From Candidatus Hadarchaeales archaeon (GTDB lineage: Archaea; Hadarchaeota; Hadarchaeia; Hadarchaeales; JAWBSP01), in the NCBI GenBank assembly GCA_038842485.1, contig JAWBSP010000010.1, forward strand, positions 1 to 43,510: 43,510 nt of DNA. Reading direction: 5' to 3'. Below are positions 28,024 through 35,883 of the stretch, one piece after another. The notes below the pieces were generated by a model. That model had not been told where the DNA came from, did not search any database, and was given only the letters and a program-made list of their open reading frames with translations. Numbering within the stretch: position 1 is the first letter of the stretch; each line of letters begins with the position of its first letter. Both the position numbers and the translations under genes were made by a program.

Positions 28024-28361
28024 TCCGAGGTCCCCACGATTCTTGAGTCGGTGGTCTTGTGCTCCTCGAATATTTTTATGGCAACCGCGGTGATCAACAT
28101 CAGCACCCCGAACTCGATGACAATCGCGGTGAGGAGAAGGGCCTGCAGAAGGGGATCAACCGCGTTTGGAACCGATGAACCGGAAGTTATGGGAACGGCT
28201 CCTCCCTCAAAATAGCCAAGAGCAACTAGGAAGAGGTTGGTTGCATAACCCAGGATACAGATGCCGAAAATCATCTTGAACAGGTCCCGCTTCACTAGAA
28301 TGCTGTAAATCCCCACCGCCGCAAGCCCGATTATCAAAACGTAGGGGAGATTCCCGAGCAT
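28020..28361 (-). CDS. MrpC/MnhC subunit
   Basis: VDPLLQALLLTAIVI motif. Confidence 0.92.
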   Translation of the reverse strand: MLGNLPYVLIIGLAAVGIYSILVKRDLFKMIFGICILGYATNLFLVALGYFEGGAVPITSGSSVPNAVDPLLQALLLTAIVIEFGVLMLITAVAIKIFEEHKTTDSRIVGTSE

Positions 28362-28808
28362 TCACTCCTCCTCCAGGGCCGGGTACCTTTCGAGATAGTA
28401 ATAAATCAGGAGGGGGATCTCACCGCCCACCAGGAGTCCCGAAGCCACGAGCAGGGGGACGAGGAATCCTGCCATGGTGAGGTGACCAGAGAGCTTGGGG
28501 AAGAGGTTCGTCAGGAACTCCCTTCCGAAGGCGAGACCTATGCAGCCTATGAAGAGATACCCCAACAGCCCGCCCGCCCTAGTAAAGTAAAATTTATTTG
28601 GCGAGAGCAGCTTCTCCGACCTCTTAATACCGTGTCCGATGATGATCAGGGAGACCCCCATCCCAATGGCCACACCTCCGGCGAAGGAGCCGCCTGGAGA
28701 GACATGGCCCGTGAGGATGAGGAGGATGGCGTAACCGAAGATCAAGCAAGCTAAAATCCTGGAGGCGGTTCGAACGATCACGCTCATCTCGCTTTTCCTT
28801 CCCCTCAT
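28362..28808 (-). CDS. MrpB/MnhB (MbhF-like) subunit
   Basis: GHVSPGGSFAGG motif; ATG at 28808. Confidence 0.88.
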   Translation of the reverse strand: MRGRKSEMSVIVRTASRILACLIFGYAILLILTGHVSPGGSFAGGVAIGMGVSLIIIGHGIKRSEKLLSPNKFYFTRAGGLLGYLFIGCIGLAFGREFLTNLFPKLSGHLTMAGFLVPLLVASGLLVGGEIPLLIYYYLERYPALEEE

Positions 28809-29350
28809 CGCTCCCCCCTCCCCAATTTCTTCCTGAGGATGGCGGAGATCCCCAACACCGAGACGAAGAGGACCGTGACCTCTCCCAGCGTGTCGAACCC
28901 CCTGTAGTCGAAGACCACGGAACACACGAAGTTTCTGGAGCCGGTTTCGGAGAGGCTCTGATCAACGTACCGCCCAGCCACCGACTCACCGATGACCGAC
29001 CTTGCGAGCGTGTACTGGGTGCTTCCGAAGGGGGTGATGAACTTGGTGAAGGTGGAGTAGGCGAGGAAGGTCGAGGCCAGAATCACGACCAATACGATGG
29101 CCGACCCAAACCTCTCCGGTTCTGATGACCTCCGGTGGGTCCTAGAGATCGCCACAACGAAAACGATGGTGGTGGCCGTCTCCACCAGAAACTGAACCAT
29201 CGCAAGGTCTGGAGCCATCATGAGCAGGAAGAGAACCCCAACGAAGAAACCGCTGACCCCAAGAACGATAGCCGCCGAGAGGAGATCCCTCAGCTCCACG
29301 GCAACGATGGCCGAAACAAGAGTGAGAAGCAGAAAGATTAGGATGATCAC
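28805..29350 (-). CDS. DUF4040/MbhD+MbhE-like subunit (MrpA C-terminal part)
   Basis: APDLAM, NFVCSVVFDYRGFDTLGE. Confidence 0.88.
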   Translation of the reverse strand: MIILIFLLLTLVSAIVAVELRDLLSAAIVLGVSGFFVGVLFLLMMAPDLAMVQFLVETATTIVFVVAISRTHRRSSEPERFGSAIVLVVILASTFLAYSTFTKFITPFGSTQYTLARSVIGESVAGRYVDQSLSETGSRNFVCSVVFDYRGFDTLGEVTVLFVSVLGISAILRKKLGRGER

Positions 29351-29781
29351 TTACTTCCCCCCAGAACGGCGAGGGCTTTCACCACCCCGTCGATTATCTC
29401 CTGCGGTCTGGGCGGACAACCGGTGACATAAACATCAACCGGGATTACCTTGTCGACGGGGCCGGCAAAATTGTAGCTGTTCTTGAAAATTCCGCCGGAA
29501 GTGGCGCACGTCCCCACTGCTATCACTGCCTTCGGGAGGGGCGTCTGCTCATAAATCCTTCTGAGCCTAGGGGCCGACTGCCGGTTGACCATCCCTGTCA
29601 CGGTCAGGATGTCCGCGTGACGGGGGCTTCCTTCCAACAGGATACCGAACCTCTCGACGTCGAATTTGGGAGTTAGAGCGTTTATGATTTCGATGTCACA
29701 GTTGTTGCATGAGCCCCCGGCGTTCACATGAAAGATCCAGGGGGACTTTTTTCTGCTCCAGCTTCTCAGTTTGCCGAGCAT
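29347..29781 (-). CDS. Group 4 hydrogenase small subunit (NuoB-like)
   Basis: SCNNCDIE, DVERFG, SPRHAD, GTCA, PVDVYVTGCPPRP. Confidence 0.94.
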   Translation of the reverse strand: MLGKLRSWSRKKSPWIFHVNAGGSCNNCDIEIINALTPKFDVERFGILLEGSPRHADILTVTGMVNRQSAPRLRRIYEQTPLPKAVIAVGTCATSGGIFKNSYNFAGPVDKVIPVDVYVTGCPPRPQEIIDGVVKALAVLGGSK

Positions 29782-29883
29782 TAGGCTACTTCAAAGAAGC
29801 AATATAAAATGTTCTCATCGGTTCTGCTGAGCATTTTTACCCTCGAACAGATAAGTAGCCTGCTTCGCTTTCGAGAATTTTGA

Positions 29884-31503
29884 ATGGACTTTCTTGAGAT
29901 CGCCAAGCTTTCGCAAACGTTGGAGGAGGAAACGGGTAGAAACGAGATGATAGAACTCGTGTCAGATTTTCTCAGCAGGCTCCCGGCTGATGAGCTTTTA
30001 CCGGCCTGCTATATGCTCACCAACCCGCCTAAAACGGGTGTAGGGTGGGCCTGCGTGAGGGACGTGCTGTTAAGGGTTACGGGAGCACGAGAGGAGGAGC
30101 TGTTTAAAGCCTTCTCGGAAACGGGGGACCTAGGGGAGGCGGCTTACCGGCTTTTCGAGACAAGGAAGATCAGAGTCACCACCCTTGAGAGCCGACCCCT
30201 CACCATTTCGGAGGTTTGGGAGACGATGAAGAGAACGGCAGAAACCCCACAAGCAACCAAGAAGGAGAGGCTCATAGAGGCCCTTTATTTGAGGTGCTCG
30301 CCACTGGAAGCTAAGCTCCTTACCAAGATCCTCACGGGGGAGCTGAGAACTGGATTCAAAGAGGGCCTGCTCCTCCCCGCTCTCTCCAAAACCTATTCCA
30401 TTCCATTGGAGACGATTAGGCGTGCATGGGCCGTGGGCGGGCCAGAGCTTACCCTTGGGAGCCTGAACCGGGGGGAGCAGCCCATGACCAATCCCTTCCC
30501 CTTTCAACCTGTTCTCCCCATGCTCGCCCACACAGCCAGCAGTTTTGAGGAGATCTTCGATGAACACGGAGGGTCAACCTTTCTGGAGTTCAAGCTCGAT
30601 GGCGCCAGGGTTCAGATTCACTCATCCACAGGTAAAGTTAGCATCTTCAGTCGGACGGGGGAGAACATCGCCCAGAGCATGCCGGAGATCGTTCAGGAGG
30701 TGAGAGAGCTTGGAATCGGAGAATGCATTCTTGAGGGAGAAGTTGTCGCACTTCGAGACGAGCGCCCACTCCCTTTCCAGTATCTCCTTAAGAGGTTTAG
30801 GCGGAAGCATGAAGTCCAGCGGGCGGTAGACGAAACCCCCCTAAAACTTTACCTCTTCGATGCGCTTTTTCTGAACGGGAGCTCTTTACTTGACCTTCCA
30901 TATGAGCAGAGGAGGGAGAAACTGGAAGAAATTGGAGGAGAACTCCTGGTTCCAAAGAAAGAGGTCAGAAATCCGGAGGAGGCAGAGGAATTCTTCAAAC
31001 TTGCGATCGAGAAAGGGCATGAAGGGGTGATAGCAAAAAAGCCAGGCAGCGTGTATAAACCAGGGCAAAGAGTGAGGGACTGGTTGAAACTGAAGAGGGT
31101 CCTGACCTTAGATCTGGTGATCGTGGGCGCAGAGTGGGGCCATGGGAGGAGAGCGCGGTGGCTTTCAGATTATTATCTCGCAGCCCTTGACAGGGAGACT
31201 GGAAAGTTCGAAATCGTGGGGAAGACCTTCAAAGGACTGACCGACGCGGAGCTCGAGCAGATGACGAAGAGGCTAAAGGAACTCCAGATTTCGAGCAGGG
31301 GAAGGACCGTTTTTGTCAAGCCGGAAATCGTGGTAGAGGTTTCCTTCAACCAAGTCCAGGAGAGCCCAAAGTACGCCAAGGGAATGGCCCTTCGCTTTGC
31401 TAGGATCGAGAGGATAAGGGAGGATAAGAAGCCCGAGGAGGCGAGTACGCTGGACGAGGTCAGAAGAATCTTTAGCCTTACTTTCAAAACCGGGGAAAAT
31501 TAA
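29884..31503 (+). CDS. lig: ATP-dependent DNA ligase
   Basis: EFKLDGARVQIH (motif I), LEGE, FD, EGVIAK, WLKLK, ALRFARI..IREDK. Confidence 0.95.
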   Translation: MDFLEIAKLSQTLEEETGRNEMIELVSDFLSRLPADELLPACYMLTNPPKTGVGWACVRDVLLRVTGAREEELFKAFSETGDLGEAAYRLFETRKIRVTTLESRPLTISEVWETMKRTAETPQATKKERLIEALYLRCSPLEAKLLTKILTGELRTGFKEGLLLPALSKTYSIPLETIRRAWAVGGPELTLGSLNRGEQPMTNPFPFQPVLPMLAHTASSFEEIFDEHGGSTFLEFKLDGARVQIHSSTGKVSIFSRTGENIAQSMPEIVQEVRELGIGECILEGEVVALRDERPLPFQYLLKRFRRKHEVQRAVDETPLKLYLFDALFLNGSSLLDLPYEQRREKLEEIGGELLVPKKEVRNPEEAEEFFKLAIEKGHEGVIAKKPGSVYKPGQRVRDWLKLKRVLTLDLVIVGAEWGHGRRARWLSDYYLAALDRETGKFEIVGKTFKGLTDAELEQMTKRLKELQISSRGRTVFVKPEIVVEVSFNQVQESPKYAKGMALRFARIERIREDKKPEEASTLDEVRRIFSLTFKTGEN

Positions 31504-31549
31504 CGGATATTTGACAGAAAGAGTAGATTTATTGGCAATGAGGGGAATA

Positions 31550-31816
31550 CCCCGCGAGCAGCGAGAGCCGGTGTGAAGAGTAGGAGCACCGGTGCATCCC
31601 TTGCGGGAACACTCGAGCCTCCCGCCGACAGACGCACCAAAATGGGTCCTCCTGGGAGCGGATTGGTGGAACACCTCGCCGTGACCTGGAGACAACCCTG
31701 GTGCGGTACAGGCGGGCCGGCCCCGCGCGATCCCCACCACGAGGGTTACCGGGAGGAGGACGCCGGTAGGCAAGACGAGGAGTCCCGGGGTTAGTGTGTT
31801 GGGGGAAAGCGGGGCC
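31550..31816 (+). ncRNA. Three-hairpin box H/ACA pseudouridylation guide sRNA
   Basis: Three units of lower stem, pocket, upper stem and K-turn/K-loop, each followed by a box: ACA 31609-11, ACA 31708-10, AAA 31806-08; pocket 3 is complementary to the conserved 23S helix 69 loop; TTTATT at 31528. Confidence 0.85.
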
Positions 31817-32427
31817 TATCTCAGTTTCAGTTTCCAAGATTTGCGGGCAAAATCGGGTAGCTCCCCGTGCTCCCTTATCCACTTGCGAAGAAAGGAAATG
31901 GTCCGTGGATCGGTGAGATAGCCGGAGCCGAAATCACCGTATTTTTCATGTAGCTCCTTAACCCTCTCCTCTCTCCGCTGCTTGGCGAGGATGGATGCAG
32001 CCGAGGCCTGAACATACTTCCTGTCGGCCCCATTCTCAACCACAAGCCTTGGGGACTTCTTGAGGTACCTTCTAAGCCTTTGCTCGAAGAGATGCGGATC
32101 GGGATCGGGGGAGTCCACATACGCGGAGGAGGGGTTGAGGTTGTTTATAATACGTGCGAAAATCTCCGCCTCTATCTCGTTCAAATTTTTCGATTTTCTT
32201 AGCTCGTCAATTTGCTGAGCCTGGAGCTCCACCAATTCCACAGAGACGGCGATTTCCCCGATAACCTCCGCAAGCTTCTCCCTTTTCTGGGGGCTCAAAA
32301 GCTTGGAATCCCTGACACCTGCCTCTCTGAGTCTAGGAAGATCCCTCTCCTCGAAACTCACCCCGCAAAGAACCATCGGGCCTAGGATTGGCCCTCTCCC
32401 GGCCTCGTCCAAACCTGCTGTCGTCAC
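31816..32427 (-). CDS. rnhB: Ribonuclease HII
   Basis: GLDEAGRGPILGPM, DSK, SAASILAK, GSGYLTDPRT. Confidence 0.96.
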   Translation of the reverse strand: MTTAGLDEAGRGPILGPMVLCGVSFEERDLPRLREAGVRDSKLLSPQKREKLAEVIGEIAVSVELVELQAQQIDELRKSKNLNEIEAEIFARIINNLNPSSAYVDSPDPDPHLFEQRLRRYLKKSPRLVVENGADRKYVQASAASILAKQRREERVKELHEKYGDFGSGYLTDPRTISFLRKWIREHGELPDFARKSWKLKLR

Positions 32428-32449
32428 TAAAATATCCTTCCCTCTACAT

Positions 32450-32620
32450 TTGCAGATAGCACCATCTGCTGGAGCAGTTATAGAACTGCAGACATAGACT
32501 CATATGAGGTTCCCGCGAGACTTTACGATGCGGAGTCGGCCAGAATTCATCTCGAATATTGTAAAAAAGGTGGTGGAGTGGGTAAGAAAGGAATTAGGAT
32601 TAAAGACGTTGAGCATCTGA
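32450..32620 (+). pseudogene. Degenerate C-terminal fragment of a HEPN-domain gene
   Basis: ..YRTA..SYEVPARLYDAESARIHLEYC then, after a 1-nt shift in the A6 run, KKVVEWVRKELGLKTLSI*; directly precedes and overlaps the MNT gene. Confidence 0.55.
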
Positions 32621-32895
32621 GGAGAATTTTCAGGAACTCACCCGTGAAGGTGGAGGGTGCCTACCTCTTCGGCTCCAGGGCAAGAGGCGACTTTCTGGAG
32701 GAAAGCGATTGGGACATGCTCGTGGTTTCATCAGCCTTCGCCAAAATCCCCTTCCCAGAGAGGGCAACCTACCCACTGAGAAAGCTTCCTTTAAGGAGAG
32801 TGGAGCTGCTATGCTACACGCCCGATGAAATAAGAAAAAGACGGGGGGAAGAAGGAATTATAAAAGAGGCTCTCAAGGGGGCAAGGATACTTTGA
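32578..32895 (+). CDS. Minimal nucleotidyltransferase (MNT)
   Basis: LFGSRARGD..SDWD motif, YTPDE. Confidence 0.9.
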   Translation: MGKKGIRIKDVEHLRRIFRNSPVKVEGAYLFGSRARGDFLEESDWDMLVVSSAFAKIPFPERATYPLRKLPLRRVELLCYTPDEIRKRRGEEGIIKEALKGARIL

Positions 32896-32923
32896 GTATC
32901 CACGCCTTAACTCCTTCCAACCC

Positions 32924-33580
32924 ATGAGGGTCGACATCCACATACATTCCGTTTATTCCAGAGATGCCATCCCGACCCCCCGAGAGATTATACAGTTCGC
33001 AAAAAAGAAGGGGCTCAGCGGGGTTGCCATAACAGACCATAACTCGGTTGAGGGGGGAAGAATTGGTAGGAAACTCGACCCGAAGTTTGTCATTCCGGGG
33101 ATTGAGATAAGAACCAGAGAGGGGGATGTCTTGGGGCTTGGTTTAACGAAACTCATCCCAAAGGGAATGAGTGTGGAAGAAACGGTGGAGAGAATTAGAG
33201 AGGAGGGTGGGGTTGCCGTCGCCGCCCATCCCTATGCTAGGCTGAGAGCCGGGGTTGGGGACTTGGTGAAAAGGGTGGACTTTGACGCCATCGAGGTCCT
33301 GAACGCCCACCTCCTGTCGAGGAACCCGAAAGCCCTAAAGGTATGCCAGGAGCTCGGGAAGTCCATGTGCGCAGGCAGCGATGCCCACGTTTTGGAGGAT
33401 GTGGGGAACGCCTACACCGAGGCCGAAGCCTCCAGCCTTGAGGAATTCCTCGAGTGCCTCCGGAAAGGAAAAACCAAGGTTTTCGGAACACTGCCCAGCC
33501 TGTGGGGGGAGATACGCTCGATGATGAAGAGGAGGGTCGCGAAGATCAAACGATTCCTAGCCGGTCCAGCAGTCGCCTAG
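32924..33580 (+). CDS. PHP-domain phosphoesterase
   Basis: DIHIHS, AITDHN, PGIE, AAHP, GSDAH. Confidence 0.92.
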   Translation: MRVDIHIHSVYSRDAIPTPREIIQFAKKKGLSGVAITDHNSVEGGRIGRKLDPKFVIPGIEIRTREGDVLGLGLTKLIPKGMSVEETVERIREEGGVAVAAHPYARLRAGVGDLVKRVDFDAIEVLNAHLLSRNPKALKVCQELGKSMCAGSDAHVLEDVGNAYTEAEASSLEEFLECLRKGKTKVFGTLPSLWGEIRSMMKRRVAKIKRFLAGPAVA

Positions 33581-33749
33581 CCCTCTCGGCGCCCAGCAGC
33601 TTCACCAGCTCCTCCCTCGCCTGGTCATCCCACCTGCTCAGGAGCTCCTCCACCCTTTCCACCTGCTCGGTCCCCAAGTCCCTTGCCGCCTCCCTGAGAG
33701 CGCGCCTCCTTCCCCTCAGCAGGTCTCTGGGAAGTACCACCGCTCCCAT
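33546..33749 (-). CDS. Small helical hypothetical protein
   Basis: 67 aa ORF with typical codon usage, 13 nt downstream of the MetF-like gene. Confidence 0.55.
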   Translation of the reverse strand: MGAVVLPRDLLRGRRRALREAARDLGTEQVERVEELLSRWDDQAREELVKLLGAERARRLLDRLGIV

Positions 33750-33762
33750 CAAAACCTGTGCC

Positions 33763-34533
33763 TTATTCCCTAAACTTCTGGAGCCTGCGAAGTAGTTCCC
33801 TCTCCCCCTCCCGGTCCCCCACACACGTCGGGATTAGACCATTCACCATGCCCGTGAGCCCCTCACAGAAATCCTCAACGCGCTCCATGGAAAGGGAGGG
33901 CCAACCAATTTTCCCGATCAAACCCCGATTTTTTGGGGTTGCGACCATCAGGTAGGTGTACAGGGGTTTCCCCGCTTTTCTGCACGCCCTCGAGACCTCC
34001 TCGAGCTTGTACATGGAGTCCTCGGCAAGCCTCATGAATACCAGAAAATCCCACCTGTCCTCAGCCTTGGCGACGCATTCCTCGCTAGAGAACCTAGCGG
34101 AGATCAGCCCGCCGATCTTCAGGTTCTTAATCCCGAGCGTTTCACGGAGGAATTCTCTCCCTTCCTCCGGGCTCCTGAACATCGCAACAAACTCCCCATA
34201 TCTCGGCGCATCCCCCCATAGGGGCTTCAGCTCGCCGGAAGTGGGATCCAGCACGAACCTGGGGCCATCCACCACCATTCCGTCCACGCCCACCGCGGCC
34301 GCAGCCAGGGCGAGGGCCCCCACCTCAACCCGACTTTTATAATGCAGGATGCAGACCGGCAACACCGTCTTATCGGGATATTTTGATTTGAGGACGCTGC
34401 CCACCACGGTCCCGCTGGGCGCCGGAATTCCCCTGGAGCTGTCGGTGACAAACCATCCGTCTACGAGTTCCCTCTGCTCGTGCGCCACTTGGAGGAAGTC
34501 CGATTTTGGGACCAGTTCCTGGAGCACGAGCAT
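33763..34533 (-). CDS. Divergent MetF/MTHFR-like FAD-linked oxidoreductase
   Basis: ELVP start, FVTDSSRG..PS, KSR.E..ALA, GVDG, GDAP pattern of the MTHFR TIM barrel. Confidence 0.6.
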   Translation of the reverse strand: MLVLQELVPKSDFLQVAHEQRELVDGWFVTDSSRGIPAPSGTVVGSVLKSKYPDKTVLPVCILHYKSRVEVGALALAAAAVGVDGMVVDGPRFVLDPTSGELKPLWGDAPRYGEFVAMFRSPEEGREFLRETLGIKNLKIGGLISARFSSEECVAKAEDRWDFLVFMRLAEDSMYKLEEVSRACRKAGKPLYTYLMVATPKNRGLIGKIGWPSLSMERVEDFCEGLTGMVNGLIPTCVGDREGERELLRRLQKFRE

Positions 34534-34565
34534 CGAAGTAAGCCCTTACCAAAATTAATCGAGAA

Positions 34566-35282
34566 TCAGGGTGCGATTTTTTCCTCCAGTTGATGTAGGA
34601 CCTCAGAAATCCTGTGTGGAGAGTCCAGTACTGTCACATTGGGTATTCCCCGAAGTTTCCTTGCATTCTCAGCGTCCAAGGGTCTGACGTAAATTTCGAT
34701 TTCCTTGCCGAAGGTAATCGCCCCCCTCGGACAGGCCTTTAAGCACAGACCGCACCCCTCGCACTTTGTGAGGTCGAGAGAGCTCCTTTGACCCGAAAAC
34801 TTAATGGCACCGGCTGGGCATTTTTTGGCTGGGGGGCATTCAACGCACCCGCACAGGGAGAGATCCAGCGAATAGGGAAGCCTAGTCCTGAGTTTCCCCG
34901 CCCTCAAATCGGTCGGAACAATTATCACTGGGACCCCTCCCTTGCCCGCCTGCGCGATGGCGTTCGTCAGGAGGGTATCGGCAATACCGTGGACGACCTT
35001 TGCCACCGTGTTCGCACTTGCCGGGGAAACCACCAGGGCGCGCCAGGAGCCGGTTGAAAACCTGCAGGCCAGCGGGAAAGCCGGGGCCTGCTCCTCCTCC
35101 CTCACCATTCTGTCCTGAAGGAGGGATTGGATTCTGGACCAAAGCCCGTAGACCCTGACCACCCGCTCCCCGGCTCTCGAAAGAAAACCATATATCTCGT
35201 ACTTGGAGGCGATTCTCTCCATCTCCTCAACCGTCTCGAGCAGGAGATGACCGGAACCAGTTATTCCCCAGCCAATCCTCAT
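34566..35282 (-). CDS. dmrX: Archaeal flavoprotein with ferredoxin insert; dihydromethanopterin reductase DmrX-like
   Basis: IGWGITGSG, PASANTVAKVVHGIADTLLTN, PTD, CGCVEC..CP and CEGCGLCLKACP; ATG at 35282. Confidence 0.8.
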   Translation of the reverse strand: MRIGWGITGSGHLLLETVEEMERIASKYEIYGFLSRAGERVVRVYGLWSRIQSLLQDRMVREEEQAPAFPLACRFSTGSWRALVVSPASANTVAKVVHGIADTLLTNAIAQAGKGGVPVIIVPTDLRAGKLRTRLPYSLDLSLCGCVECPPAKKCPAGAIKFSGQRSSLDLTKCEGCGLCLKACPRGAITFGKEIEIYVRPLDAENARKLRGIPNVTVLDSPHRISEVLHQLEEKIAP

Positions 35283-35307
35283 TCTAACTACCAAAATCCA
35301 ATTGGAA

Positions 35308-35883
35308 ATGAAGGTTGTGGTGGTCGCCCCCCACCCCGACGATCTGGAAATCTTCTGTGGGGGGACGGTCGCGGAGCACATCAAGAAGGGCGATGAGGTA
35401 GTGGAACTCTTGGTAACCGATGGACAGCTCGGATCCCTCAAGAACATGCTGCTCGGGATGCTCCCCGGCAGGTTGAAAGGACCGGACTGGGGACTCGGGA
35501 AAAGGAGGAGGGAAGAAGCCGTGCGATCCGCCGCCTTTTTAAAAATCCAGCTGAAAGCACTTGGACTGGTGGACAGGGGGGTCAAGTGTGAACATGCGGA
35601 GCTGATTCAAGAGGCGGTCAGGGCGGAGAGGCCCGAGCTCGTCTATGCCCCGGATCCGGAGTTCGCCTCCTACCGGCATCCAGATCACCTTGAGGTCGGG
35701 AGGGCCGTCTCGGGTTTCAGGCCCGTGCGCTTCTATCACACGAGCAAACCGAACCTTAGATTCAGGGTGGACAAAAAAATAAAGGTGAGGGCGGTACGCT
35801 TCCATCGGAGCCAGTGGTGGGTTTGGGGCATCTTTTTTAGAAGGAGAATCGGGGACTGGGAGGAATTCAGGGAAATCCCATGA
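35308..35883 (+). CDS. PIG-L/LmbE-family N-deacetylase
   Basis: APHPDD, TDG, RREEA, HPDH, HRSQ. Confidence 0.9.
   Translation: MKVVVVAPHPDDLEIFCGGTVAEHIKKGDEVVELLVTDGQLGSLKNMLLGMLPGRLKGPDWGLGKRRREEAVRSAAFLKIQLKALGLVDRGVKCEHAELIQEAVRAERPELVYAPDPEFASYRHPDHLEVGRAVSGFRPVRFYHTSKPNLRFRVDKKIKVRAVRFHRSQWWVWGIFFRRRIGDWEEFREIP

Noticed and set aside
10986-29781. Hydrogenase locus as an island integrated at tRNA-Thr
   Set aside because: No integrase and no duplicated tRNA 3' end noticed; composition broadly similar to the flanks
31273-31882. ORFs over the lig-rnhB gap, and RNase P or SRP RNA as alternative identities
   Set aside because: Translations lack motifs; no RNase P P4 (GAGGAAAGUCC-like) or SRP helix 8 signature; the H/ACA architecture explains the region
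583-33580. Genome-wide TAG reassignment
   Set aside because: TAG ends ef1b, the methyltransferase, CBS, hydB, rnhB and PHP at expected C-termini; only one internal TAG was seen
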